Shown here: in pieces, positions 28,536 through 38,138 of the stretch
Position numbering within the stretch: position 1 is the first letter of the stretch
Layout of the letters: every line of letters starts with the position of its first letter
Translations under genes and position numbers: made by a program
Assembly: GCA_002726495.1 (NCBI GenBank)
Contig: PBTH01000062.1
Coordinates: forward strand, 9,239 to 73,238
Reading direction: 5' to 3'
From: Methanobacteriota archaeon
Lineage (GTDB): Archaea > Thermoplasmatota > Poseidoniia > Poseidoniales > Poseidoniaceae
DNA length: 64,000 nt
The notes under the pieces: model-generated
Databases searched by the model: none
Told to the model about the DNA's origin: nothing
Seen by the model: only the letters and a program-made list of their open reading frames with translations

Positions 28536-29321
28536 TCATGAAAGAAGGGATACAAGGCACGCCCATATGGGTTCCAAACGGTCGTTTGCTTGGGCGGAGA
28601 CTTCCTCATGATCGAGGGCCTTCGTTTCATCACCAGGCTCTCTGCCGGCAGCCCAATTGGACGAGATGCATACCGCACTGTATGGCAAATCCAGTTCTCT
28701 CGCTAATTTAGCTTCACGAGGCATGGTCATACCAACCATGTGGCCACCCAGCAAACCAATAGCATCAACTTCCGCTCTGGTTTCAAATTGCGGACCTTGA
28801 CTAAGCCAGTAGGTGTATCCCATTTTTTCTCCAGCATCAAAGCCCTGGCTCTCGCGCAGTGCAGTATCCAATTGTTCATTCATTGACAAATCAAAAGGTT
28901 CAGTTACCGAAGTAAATACCGATTCATCGTCATGAAACGTTGATTCAACACCGGTAAAATCAATGTATTGTTCTGCCAATGCAACCTTACCTGGAGGAAA
29001 TGAAACATCCAATGAACCAACGGAACATACAGCCATGATGCCATCGATTTGTGCATCGTTCATAGCCATCATGTTCGCACGATGATTGATTTGATGAGGA
29101 GGACACCCATGGCCACTTTCATTGTGATGACGTTGGAGAAATATGAGTTCTTTTTCAACCCCCTGGTCATCAAGAGAAATACAGGTTAGAGGAACCGAAC
29201 CATATGGCGTGCTGACCGATATGGAATCCTTTCGGACCACACGAATTCCGACTTCACCGAATCGCTCATCAAGATTCATGCTAACGAGGCCGGTTCCTCC
29301 GATAATTCCCAAGCGCATCAT
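28536..29321 (-). CDS. mtnP: S-methyl-5'-thioadenosine phosphorylase (PNP family II)
   Basis: LGIIGGTGL, RHHNESGHGCPPHQINHRANM and MVGMTMPREAKLARELDLPY motifs of MTAP. The start is set at MMRLGIIGG. Confidence 0.85.
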   Translation of the reverse strand: MMRLGIIGGTGLVSMNLDERFGEVGIRVVRKDSISVSTPYGSVPLTCISLDDQGVEKELIFLQRHHNESGHGCPPHQINHRANMMAMNDAQIDGIMAVCSVGSLDVSFPPGKVALAEQYIDFTGVESTFHDDESVFTSVTEPFDLSMNEQLDTALRESQGFDAGEKMGYTYWLSQGPQFETRAEVDAIGLLGGHMVGMTMPREAKLARELDLPYSAVCISSNWAAGREPGDETKALDHEEVSAQANDRLEPIWACLVSLLS

Positions 29322-29373
29322 AACGCGCTCACGCGGCCCCATCATGTGAACCCTACGGAAGAGTGCAAAACAT

Positions 29374-30345
29374 TCAATCCCATTCATTCATTTGATTGAT
29401 GGCTTGAACTGCTGCAATTACGTCACCATCTTCCCACCAATCAACAGCAACAAATGTAGGACGTTTTCCATGTTGCTCCCAACAGTCCTTCGCTCGACTG
29501 ATCAAAAAATCTGGATTGTTCGCTTCATCTCCTCGGCTCGGGTCCGACAATCCGAGTGGACCACTCAGCCAGTTGTTCATGTGATAGACCGATTGTTCCG
29601 AATCACCTCTTAATACATCACAATTCATGTCCTCAGTATTTTCTTCAGCGTAATTTGTGGTCCAACTGTGGGTCAAAAAATCATGCACCCAAGGGTGGCC
29701 TGTATCCGCACTCTGTTCCCAAAAAACGACGAGTCGGGTCTCGGATTGGATCATCTCATCAAGGGTTGGCCATGCAGTGTTGATTTCGTGAACAAACACA
29801 TGGCCCATGAGTCCAGATTCAGTAAACACATCTTCCAAATGCTCTGGCTGGACATAATTTTCCACAAGTAAAGTAACGATATCGTTTTCATGCTGTACTA
29901 TAAGTTCAGCTAGATTTGTTAGCCAAGCTAAAGCATTAACACTCCCGTATACGCATGGACTGGTACCTCTGTCGTCGTCTCCATGGCACAAACGAACGGT
30001 TCCTTGACTCTCATCGTTAAGGTTCTCGTAATGAGTATCGATCATGAACGCTCTAATTCCAGCATTCCATTGGGCATAAAGCCCGGTCTGATGATTGCTA
30101 GCAGGATAGATAATACCGTCTTCGTGAGTAGCAAAAGCATTGTGTGTCTCCGGGAAGGTCACATCATCGTATGTCCTTGAACAAAGTTCAGATAAGCCGT
30201 TACAAACTTGTTCGGGATTTGATGAATCTTCTGTTGGTGATGATGAGGAGGAAAACGATCCGGTTGTACACCCTGGCAAAATGAAAACGAACATCACGAA
30301 GACCGAAATCAGCGTGTTGTTCATGGACTGCCCAAGACACATCAA
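29374..30345 (-). CDS. PLC-like phosphodiesterase (PI-PLC X-domain-like), probable lipoprotein
   Basis: N-terminal signal with a lipobox-like LPGC. THNAFATHEDG..., GIRAFMIDTHYEN... and RLCHGDDD are reminiscent of the PI-PLC X-box catalytic His region. Confidence 0.5.
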   Translation of the reverse strand: MMCLGQSMNNTLISVFVMFVFILPGCTTGSFSSSSSPTEDSSNPEQVCNGLSELCSRTYDDVTFPETHNAFATHEDGIIYPASNHQTGLYAQWNAGIRAFMIDTHYENLNDESQGTVRLCHGDDDRGTSPCVYGSVNALAWLTNLAELIVQHENDIVTLLVENYVQPEHLEDVFTESGLMGHVFVHEINTAWPTLDEMIQSETRLVVFWEQSADTGHPWVHDFLTHSWTTNYAEENTEDMNCDVLRGDSEQSVYHMNNWLSGPLGLSDPSRGDEANNPDFLISRAKDCWEQHGKRPTFVAVDWWEDGDVIAAVQAINQMNEWD

Positions 30346-30383
30346 GCAAAAAACCCGTTGGTAACCTCTTTTGAGGTACGGCT

Positions 30384-31358
30384 TTATTCGGAAAGGCGAG
30401 TGATCAAGTCTGCCTTCTTTCCAGAGACTGGTTTTCCGGCTGCTTTGAGCAGTTCCTTCAATTCAGCAACGGTCATTTTGCTGTAGTCTGGGGCCTCGGA
30501 GTCATCATCTTCTTCGACGTCAACAACTTCGACTTCTGGAGTTGCTTCGACTTCTGGAGTTGCTTCGACTTCCTTCTCGTTTCCGTCTTCTTCAACCGTG
30601 ACTTCAATTTCATCATCTTCACCGTCGGGTTCTTCGGCCATAGCTGCTGCCAAAGCTGCTGCTTTCTTGGCTTTGAATTCGGCATCGTCTCTTGCTTCCT
30701 TTGCGTGAATCTCGTCCAATGTTGGACCTGATGATGCAACAACACCATCTTGTAGAAGTTGACTCTTGCGAATGGCAACAGAGCGTACGGGGTAGATTGG
30801 CTTGACGCCCTTACGAATTTCCTCTTCAAGAGCACCCTCAAGAATTGCTGTTTGTACTGCTGCATAGGTGTTCTTAGCAGCAAAGGCGATGATGACTTCT
30901 CGCGTTTTGGTGCGCATGTCTTGCTTTACAGACGTCTGAACACGTTGTTGTGTAATGATAAGAGGCTTCATACGAACCAGATAACCATCGGTAGTGACGA
31001 CATCAACGACATCGTCAACCTTACCACGGTATCGGCGGATTTGACGGCGAATGTGGTCGGTTTGGTGATGGTGACCGATAAAGGTCGTAAGAGCGTCTTG
31101 GCCGACACATTCCGTTACTCGGAATCGTAGGATTACGTGCATCTTGGAGAAATCTCCTCCAAATTCTTGTTGAGTCATTTCGTAGACACGACCGATGATA
31201 TGTTCATCGGATTCACCGATTGTTTCCCCAATACGCTTGAAATCCCATGGATGGCGAGGTGCTCGAATCGTGTACCATCGCTTTGTCTTCCACTTGTCAC
31301 GTTGCTTACGTGCTGCTGCACGTGCTTTTGCACTGATTTTCTTTGCCATATTGTTCAA
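30384..31358 (-). CDS. rps3ae: 30S ribosomal protein S3Ae (eS1) with C-terminal acidic linker and SAP domain
   Basis: The N-terminal 200 aa match S3Ae (KWKTKRWYTIRAP..F..IGETIGE..IGRVYE...LRFRV). They are followed by an acidic repeat region (ATPEVEATPEVEV...EEDDDSE) and the SAP motif YSKMTVAELKELLKAAGKPVSGKKADLITRLSE. Confidence 0.85.
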   Translation of the reverse strand: MNNMAKKISAKARAAARKQRDKWKTKRWYTIRAPRHPWDFKRIGETIGESDEHIIGRVYEMTQQEFGGDFSKMHVILRFRVTECVGQDALTTFIGHHHQTDHIRRQIRRYRGKVDDVVDVVTTDGYLVRMKPLIITQQRVQTSVKQDMRTKTREVIIAFAAKNTYAAVQTAILEGALEEEIRKGVKPIYPVRSVAIRKSQLLQDGVVASSGPTLDEIHAKEARDDAEFKAKKAAALAAAMAEEPDGEDDEIEVTVEEDGNEKEVEATPEVEATPEVEVVDVEEDDDSEAPDYSKMTVAELKELLKAAGKPVSGKKADLITRLSE

Positions 31359-31517
31359 CTCGGTTCGTGTCTTGCGGGGGCTACCCCACTTGCAGTCCGC
31401 CCACTAACCTCCCCTATTTGAAAGCGCCTCATCACCTCAGCCGCACCATCGGGAGGGAAACGGATGAACCTAACGCCAATTCGGTAACCTCTTGACCTTG
31501 AAAGGAACCCGCTACAT

Positions 31518-31982
31518 GTGGGCCTGCATCATATCACCTGGCGAGGAGCGGCGAGCGCTCTTGATGATGTTGACGCCGTTGCGGATTCATTTGCTTGGCT
31601 GATTGGTGATGAGCAATGGGTTGATGTTGAACGAACACAATCTCACCATGGATCGGAAATGTTTCTCATCAGTGCTCACTGCAAAAAGAAAAGCGCTGCA
31701 CTTGAATCATTTGCAAAGTTGGGAGCAGACAACCTCCAACACCTCTCAACTGAATACGAGAAGCGAATGGATGAACACAATACCTTCCACTTCCGACTGG
31801 ACCTCAACTCGCTTATTGGAGGTAAAATCATCCTATCGGACGCATCCAAGCCCAACACCGTGAAAGGGCAAATAAAAATCGAAGTGTATCCTGGCCAAAC
31901 GATTGAAAATGAATTCATGAGCCTAATCAACGATGCTAAAAACCGGTCAACATCACTCTCCGACTCGCTGGAACATAGCTAA
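31518..31982 (+). CDS. hypothetical protein (conserved archaeal-looking, possibly RNA-binding)
   Basis: 154 aa ORF divergent from rps3ae. No firm motif. Confidence 0.4.
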   Translation: MGLHHITWRGAASALDDVDAVADSFAWLIGDEQWVDVERTQSHHGSEMFLISAHCKKKSAALESFAKLGADNLQHLSTEYEKRMDEHNTFHFRLDLNSLIGGKIILSDASKPNTVKGQIKIEVYPGQTIENEFMSLINDAKNRSTSLSDSLEHS

Positions 31983-31993
31983 GGTGGGGCCTC

Positions 31994-34288
31994 ATGGAAA
32001 GAAGAAGTAGGGGCGTGCTTTTTCTTGTACTCCTACTAACTTGCAGCCTCGTTTCACTTCCAGGTGAAGCGGAAAACAATTCATTGGAAGAAATCAATCA
32101 GACTCCGGGTTGCAACGCACACCGTGAAAACTGGACCGTCGGTTTGGTCTTTTGCACCAATGAATCTCAAGCCGGTTATACTCTAGTTTCGCCGTTTCGT
32201 ACTTCAATGGCCTACTTAATTGACCAAGAAGGACGGGAAATAAACACCTGGCAGTCACCAGGAGGCTACACGCCGGGTGCAGCAGCGTACTTGCTAGAAG
32301 ACGGAAGTCTTCTTCGGACCGGTAACATCGGTAATTCATCTGTTGGTAATTTTACAGGTGGAGGAATCGGAGGCAAGTTGGAACGTATCGGATGGGATGG
32401 AACGCTCGAATGGTCGTGGGAATATTCCTCCTACGATGCAATTCTACATCACGATATAGAACCGATGCCAAACGGGAATATTCTCGCTATTGCTTGGGAG
32501 GAAAAAAGTGAACAAGAGGCGATTGAAGCAGGTCGCAATCCTGCAATTGCAAGTGACGGCCCCGGTGGACAGAACAATGTTTGGCCAGACCACATTATTG
32601 AAATCCAACCCGTTGGAACTGACCAAGCAAACATCGTGTGGGAATGGCATGCTTGGGACCACTTGATTCAGGATTATGACGCCACCAAGAATAATTTTGG
32701 AATCGTTGAGGACCATCCCGAATTGCTAAACATCAACTATGTAACTCAAACAGGAAACCAAGCTGGGAGAGCAGACTGGATGCACTGCAATGGAATTGAC
32801 TACAACGAACAATTGGACCAAATTCTTCTGTCGTGCAAGGGAATGGATGAAATTTACATCATCGATCACAGCACGACCACTGGAGAAGCTGCTGGGCACT
32901 CTGGAGGAACGTACGGAAAAGGTGGGGATTTCCTCTACAGATGGGGCAATCCACAAGTCTACAAAAAAGGACTTTCAAGCAATCAACAACTGTTCGGCCA
33001 GCATGATGCTCAATGGATCGTGGACGGCCACCCCGATGCCGGTAAATTGATTGTATTCAACAACGGCGCTGGTAGACAAACACCCCACTCCAGCGTTGAG
33101 ATTCTCGATACGGGTGTTGAGGACGGCACCTATCCAATCCTTGCAAACGGAACGTTTAGTCCTGGCCATCCAACATGGTCTTGGAGTGAGGAAGGGATGT
33201 ATGCATCCATTGTTTCAGGAGCGCAGAGCTTGTCTAATGGAAACATTGTGGTCTCTATTGGCACCGTTGGCACTTTACACGAAATCACATCAACAGGTGA
33301 ATTGGTTTGGACGTACATCAACCCCATTGCAAACAATGCCACCCACCCTCAATCCGAGCCATTGTTACCGGGAAATATTGCAGGTACAACCAACAACATG
33401 TTGTTCAAAAGCCAGCGTTACGAAGCAAATTTTGCAGGTTTTGTTGGAAAGGACCTCACGCCCGGTGCATATCTTGAGCAATGGACGGATTTATGCCCGC
33501 AAGAATCTGCTTGGAAGTGGGATTCGGACGGTGATGGTTGTATTGATGACAGCGATGGAGACGGAGTTAACGACCCATACGACCGATGTGTAGTTGGTGA
33601 TGATAGTGTTGATGTTGATCAGGATTCAACTCCTGATGCTTGCGATTCATTTGTAGATTCAGACGCAGATGGCATAGAAGACCTTGCTGACCTCTGCCAG
33701 GGCCACTCGGACTCAATTGACATTGACAATGACAGAATTCCAGATGGCTGCGATGAACTCATTGATTCTGATTTAGATGGAGTTGCTGATAGCCTTGACC
33801 AGTGCCCTGGACATGACGATGAAATGGATGCAGATGGTGATGGTATTGCGAACGGTTGTGATGAGACTCCTTTCGCAACAAGCCTCGAGACTGAACATGA
33901 ATCCCAAAACATAACCACTGGACACACCGAGAAGGACAATGATGATACTGTATTGAATACAGAATCCTCTGAAGGCGACCGTGGAGGGGTTTCAATGTTG
34001 ACATTGCTCGGTTATGTGCTGATGCTACTTGGTTTGTGGCTGTTTATCTATCTTGCAATGGTCGCAGTTGGTAAGGGAAATTCATCTCAGCCAAACTTGA
34101 CATTCCAGGATGAGTTTGCACCAAATCAAGAGATTGTGAAACATGTTCCGGCTGTTGACCAGTCGCCGAGTTACGACAGCCCTCTCCCACCGCCCCTGCC
34201 CGCTACAGGCCTGCCAGATGGCTGGACTATGGAACAATGGAATTATTACGGAAATCAATGGCTTGAGCAAAATGAACGACGAGGATAA
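31994..34288 (+). CDS. surface protein: signal peptide, arylsulfotransferase(ASST)-like beta-propeller, thrombospondin type-3-like Ca-binding repeats, TM anchor, short cytoplasmic tail
   Basis: Signal MERRSRGVLFLVLLLTCSLVSLPGEA. ASST-like motifs HHDIEPMPNGNILAI, WEWHAWDHL, HCNGIDYN. Multiple DxDxDGxxD/CxxxxD repeats (DSDGDGCIDDSDGDGVND...). TM segment VSMLTLLGYVLMLLGLWLFIYLAMVAV. Tail ending LPDGWTMEQWNYYGNQWLEQ. Confidence 0.8.
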   Translation: MERRSRGVLFLVLLLTCSLVSLPGEAENNSLEEINQTPGCNAHRENWTVGLVFCTNESQAGYTLVSPFRTSMAYLIDQEGREINTWQSPGGYTPGAAAYLLEDGSLLRTGNIGNSSVGNFTGGGIGGKLERIGWDGTLEWSWEYSSYDAILHHDIEPMPNGNILAIAWEEKSEQEAIEAGRNPAIASDGPGGQNNVWPDHIIEIQPVGTDQANIVWEWHAWDHLIQDYDATKNNFGIVEDHPELLNINYVTQTGNQAGRADWMHCNGIDYNEQLDQILLSCKGMDEIYIIDHSTTTGEAAGHSGGTYGKGGDFLYRWGNPQVYKKGLSSNQQLFGQHDAQWIVDGHPDAGKLIVFNNGAGRQTPHSSVEILDTGVEDGTYPILANGTFSPGHPTWSWSEEGMYASIVSGAQSLSNGNIVVSIGTVGTLHEITSTGELVWTYINPIANNATHPQSEPLLPGNIAGTTNNMLFKSQRYEANFAGFVGKDLTPGAYLEQWTDLCPQESAWKWDSDGDGCIDDSDGDGVNDPYDRCVVGDDSVDVDQDSTPDACDSFVDSDADGIEDLADLCQGHSDSIDIDNDRIPDGCDELIDSDLDGVADSLDQCPGHDDEMDADGDGIANGCDETPFATSLETEHESQNITTGHTEKDNDDTVLNTESSEGDRGGVSMLTLLGYVLMLLGLWLFIYLAMVAVGKGNSSQPNLTFQDEFAPNQEIVKHVPAVDQSPSYDSPLPPPLPATGLPDGWTMEQWNYYGNQWLEQNERRG

Positions 34289-34371
34289 TTAATTTCGCAT
34301 CTCCTAAAAAAATCAATTGTTGGTACAAGAAATTAAGTATAGAACACCTTAGCGAGATGTGAGGATTACCC

Positions 34372-34647
34372 ATGCCACATATCGTAACAACAGCCTGCGT
34401 TGACCACAAATATCAGGAATGCGTTGCCGTTTGCCCCGTAGAAGCGTTCAGAGAAGCCGACACATACCTCGTCATAGATCCTGACGAATGCATTGATTGT
34501 GGCGCATGCATTCCAGAATGTCCTGTCGATGCGATATTTGCTGATACTGATATCCCAGAAGAGGAAGAGCACTGGATTGACCGTAATGCAGACGAATCAG
34601 AGGATGCTGAGGTCGCAGAAGGTGATTCGCCAGTTCTTGCTGATTGA
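34372..34647 (+). CDS. 7Fe ferredoxin ([3Fe-4S][4Fe-4S], Azotobacter FdI-like)
   Basis: [18 protein letters not shown]...[21 protein letters not shown] matches the 7Fe ferredoxin cysteine pattern. The C-terminal tail is acidic. Confidence 0.85.
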   Translation: MPHIVTTACVDHKYQECVAVCPVEAFREADTYLVIDPDECIDCGACIPECPVDAIFADTDIPEEEEHWIDRNADESEDAEVAEGDSPVLAD

Positions 34648-34715
34648 ACCAACAACCGTTGCGGACAAGAACCAAGCGTCATAAAGGTCATCGTTTTCCA
34701 CGGTCTGTGAGCCAG

Positions 34716-35705
34716 ATGAAAACGGATTTCTCAACCCTAAGAAAAGGCAGTGAATTACTCAAGCGAGGATTCGCTCGAATGCAGCAGGGCGGGGTCATCA
34801 TGGATGTCGTCAACGCTGAACAAGCTGCAGTAGCAGAAGACTCTGGAGCGGTTGCTGTGATGGCTTTGGAACGAGTTCCTGCCGATATTAGAAAAGCCGG
34901 TGGGGTCGCAAGAATGAGCCACCCCGATATGATTCAAGGCATTCTTGATTGCACATCCATTCCCGTTATGGCCAAATCACGAATCGGACACGAAGGCGAA
35001 GCAAGAATTCTTGAAGCAATGGGAGTCGACATGGTTGATGAAAGCGAAGTTCTTACTCCCGCAGACCCTTACTTTCACATCAACAAGCACACTTACGACA
35101 TTCCATTTGTCTGTGGAGCCACCGGTCTTGGAGAAGCAACTCGCAGAATCTGGGAAGGCGCTGCAATGATTCGTACCAAAGGAGAAGCAGGAACTGGGAA
35201 TGTGGTTGCAGCAGTAACGCATGCTCGCCTAATCGACCAAGAAATACGACAAATTCAATCACTTGACAGCAAAGGTCTTGACGCTGCCACTGAAGCCATC
35301 ATTCAACGTTACAAAGTTCTCTCGGACCACTCCGATTTGCCAGGGATACATGCGCAAACGCCATTCGGACCAATCGATTCGGAAATGCACGATGGGATTC
35401 GTAGTGTCTTGGATGATGTTCAACGATTGGGCCGTCTTCCTGTAGTGACATTTTCTGCAGGTGGAATCGCTACGCCAGCTGATGCATCACTCATGATGCG
35501 GATGGGTATGGACGGTATCTTTGTGGGATCGGGAATTTTCAAATCAACTGATCCAAAAACCATGGCTGATGCGATTGTTATGGCAACGGCTCACTATGAT
35601 GATGCTACAAAAGTCGCCGAAGCCATGGCCATGATGGCCGGTGAACCAATGAAAGGAGACGAACTTGAAACATTGGAAGTTCGCCTGGACCAGCGCGGTT
35701 GGTAA
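34716..35705 (+). CDS. pdxS: pyridoxal 5'-phosphate synthase subunit PdxS
   Basis: [49 protein letters not shown] and GTGN motifs, with near-identity of pattern to bacterial PdxS. The start is set at the ATG at 34716. Confidence 0.9.
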   Translation: MKTDFSTLRKGSELLKRGFARMQQGGVIMDVVNAEQAAVAEDSGAVAVMALERVPADIRKAGGVARMSHPDMIQGILDCTSIPVMAKSRIGHEGEARILEAMGVDMVDESEVLTPADPYFHINKHTYDIPFVCGATGLGEATRRIWEGAAMIRTKGEAGTGNVVAAVTHARLIDQEIRQIQSLDSKGLDAATEAIIQRYKVLSDHSDLPGIHAQTPFGPIDSEMHDGIRSVLDDVQRLGRLPVVTFSAGGIATPADASLMMRMGMDGIFVGSGIFKSTDPKTMADAIVMATAHYDDATKVAEAMAMMAGEPMKGDELETLEVRLDQRGW

Positions 35706-35706
35706 T

Positions 35707-35967
35707 TCAACTCAGTGGATCGGAAACGCCTTGTTCACCAAGCGTCCACTTAAGGGTCTTAACAACACCTTGCAATGCCTTGTGATTTCGAGCGGCTTCC
35801 TTCATCCCATCTTTGTCCTGATTGGACTTGCATTCTTCATACCACTCCTTCCATTGAATCATTTTGACGGTGGCTTTGTCAAGCATGACCTCAATCTCTT
35901 CCCAAGTTCGGTCATAACTTCTCACGGGTTCAGCGTCTTTAGCCATAGGAAACAGAACCTTCGGCAC
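35707..35967 (-). CDS. small hypothetical protein
   Basis: 86 aa ORF, 33 nt downstream of the sugar nucleotidyltransferase on the same strand. No motif. Confidence 0.35.
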   Translation of the reverse strand: MPKVLFPMAKDAEPVRSYDRTWEEIEVMLDKATVKMIQWKEWYEECKSNQDKDGMKEAARNHKALQGVVKTLKWTLGEQGVSDPLS

Positions 35968-36000
35968 TTGGGTCCTATTTAGGCCCTATGCCGTCAAAAG

Positions 36001-37068
36001 TCACTCGGGACGAGGGATGAGTTCAGATTCCAAAACCGAACCTGATTCAATCACTTGATGGTCGCCAATGACGCAATCCGTGAGCACAGCGCCAGCCAGA
36101 ATGTTGACATCACGACCAAGTATTGAACCGCTTATTCTTGCATCTGCTGCAACTCGACATCCATCCATCAACAACGAACCTGATATTGTTGCTGAAGATT
36201 CAACAATGCAGCCTTTGGAAACAACCGATGAAGATGTATCTCCGTTCACCATTGCATCATCTAAAATGAATCCATCATTACCAACCCATGACCCTTTCGG
36301 CAGCGAAAATGGAAGTTCCTTTACCTGCTCAAGCAGCGTTTTTTGAGCACGAAGCAGTTCCCTGGGATGCCCAACATCAAACCAAACACCATTGATTGTT
36401 TCCGCATACATTGGCCAACCCCGTTCAAGAACCAAAGGGAACAACTGTTTGCTAAAATCAAACTTTTCATGTTCCGGTATCAAATCAATGACCTCGGGTT
36501 CAATAATGTAGAGTCCAGCATTAATCACGTTGCTAAAGGCTTCATCTGGAGTTGGCTTTTCCTTAAATTTCCGAATATATCCAGATCGAAGCGAACCGTC
36601 AACTTCACCGTCTTGGGTTGATGACAATCCTACAATACCAAATTCGGAGGGATTTTCTACTTCCCAGAGGGCCATGGTTACTTTTGCATTGTTTGAACGA
36701 TGTTGTTGCAAAAGGCGATTGATGTCAAACGATGCTACTGAATCACCCGAACCAACCACACATGTTGTTTTAATTTGTTCTCGAAGCAAGCCGACACTAC
36801 CCGCCGTCCCCATTGGAGTTGCTTCCTGATTTACGGAAGCTTGTATACCTCCAACAGTTGATTGATTCCATGTAGAAACATGGTCTTTCAATTGCTCACC
36901 ACGATATCCGGTGGTCACAATAATTTCATTGATTCCAGCATTTTCCATCGCTTCTTTGACAAAGTCAATGACGGGTCTTCCAAGAACTTCCACCATAGGC
37001 TTGGGGCGGGTCAATGTTAGAGGCCGTAGACGCGAACCCTGGCCACCTGCCATGATGATTCCAAGCAT
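36001..37068 (-). CDS. sugar-1-phosphate nucleotidyltransferase with C-terminal left-handed beta-helix (GlmU/RmlA-like)
   Basis: MLGIIMAGGQGSRLRPLT...KPMV signature of NDP-sugar pyrophosphorylases, plus C-terminal hexapeptide repeats. Confidence 0.8.
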   Translation of the reverse strand: MLGIIMAGGQGSRLRPLTLTRPKPMVEVLGRPVIDFVKEAMENAGINEIIVTTGYRGEQLKDHVSTWNQSTVGGIQASVNQEATPMGTAGSVGLLREQIKTTCVVGSGDSVASFDINRLLQQHRSNNAKVTMALWEVENPSEFGIVGLSSTQDGEVDGSLRSGYIRKFKEKPTPDEAFSNVINAGLYIIEPEVIDLIPEHEKFDFSKQLFPLVLERGWPMYAETINGVWFDVGHPRELLRAQKTLLEQVKELPFSLPKGSWVGNDGFILDDAMVNGDTSSSVVSKGCIVESSATISGSLLMDGCRVAADARISGSILGRDVNILAGAVLTDCVIGDHQVIESGSVLESELIPRPE

Positions 37069-37080
37069 AGTAATGCCACC

Positions 37081-38079
37081 TCATCGGCGACGGATGGGTC
37101 CAAGTCGTTGCATGTTCTTCTTTTTTGATGAACTGTTGTTACGAGATGAGGAGGCTGTATCGCTCTTACCAAGCCCACCGAACATAAGTTCACCATCTTT
37201 GAGCAAAGATTGAACCAAACTTTCGGCAACTTCATCCGATTCAGCACCTGTCTTCATCTCAGCCTTAACCGCATTGTTGTGGTCAGACATCCATGATTTA
37301 CGCTCTTCAACAGCCAAATTGAGTTGTTCCCTTGCTTTGTTAACATCCACCATAAGTTCCTCAATCTTAGCGTGAATGTTGTTCGCCTTTTCGTGAGATT
37401 CTACAGATTCGAGGTGATGACGGTCTCCTTCAGCTTTGAGAAAATTGCGATGATCAAGACCTTCTTTATACTCAGCCCACTTTTCATCAGCACGCTTGAG
37501 AGCTTCTACAAACATCTTGTGTGCATCATCAGCTTCGGATTTGAGTGTACTGATTGCCTCATCAAGGTTTGAGAGGTCAACACTGACCATTTCAAACTTG
37601 ACGACTTCAGGCTCAAGCTCTCCTACACGACGCTTCATTCTCTTGATTCTCTCCATCGTTTCCTTCTCTTTTTTAGTGCTTGAGGAGGTCGTTTGGAATT
37701 TATCTTCAAGAGTCTTAATTTCATTCATCAGATGGGAAAATTCTGCTGTTGCAGATTTCTTTTCTCCTTTTTCATTCCGACGACCTTTGGCTTGACCGAT
37801 GAGTTCACGAAGTTGGGCTTGAATGGTGTCACGCTTTGCTTTGTGAAGATTGCGCTCCCCATGTATGGCGTCAAGCTCAGCCTTCATGAGGTCAAGTTTT
37901 TTCTTATGTTCACGATATTGTTCCTGAACTGCATTTCGCTTTTGAGCGATCGCTTTTCCCTGTTCGCGATAAGAATTTCTATTCTCACGCATCTTTCGAA
38001 CCTTACTCTCCATTGATTGGAGTTGTTCACGAAGTTCCGAATCAGGGTTGTTCTTAGCCTCATCTCTCTGGCCGCGCAT
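37081..38079 (-). CDS. coiled-coil protein (COG1340-like archaeal coiled-coil family)
   Basis: 332 aa, highly charged (K/E/R), heptad-like throughout. Paralogous in style to 46490..47365. Confidence 0.55.
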   Translation of the reverse strand: MRGQRDEAKNNPDSELREQLQSMESKVRKMRENRNSYREQGKAIAQKRNAVQEQYREHKKKLDLMKAELDAIHGERNLHKAKRDTIQAQLRELIGQAKGRRNEKGEKKSATAEFSHLMNEIKTLEDKFQTTSSSTKKEKETMERIKRMKRRVGELEPEVVKFEMVSVDLSNLDEAISTLKSEADDAHKMFVEALKRADEKWAEYKEGLDHRNFLKAEGDRHHLESVESHEKANNIHAKIEELMVDVNKAREQLNLAVEERKSWMSDHNNAVKAEMKTGAESDEVAESLVQSLLKDGELMFGGLGKSDTASSSRNNSSSKKKNMQRLGPIRRR

Positions 38080-38138
38080 GACCTGTCCACTTGGTCGTGC
38101 ATTTCAAGTCTATGGATTGACCGAAGTATGAGCAATCT

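Noticed and set aside
34644-34715. ORF-track start of pdxS at 34644, overlapping the ferredoxin stop
   Set aside because: The first 24 residues ([24 protein letters not shown]) are non-homologous to PdxS. Bacterial and archaeal PdxS proteins begin near MKTD..LKRGFA, so the ATG at 34716 is used.
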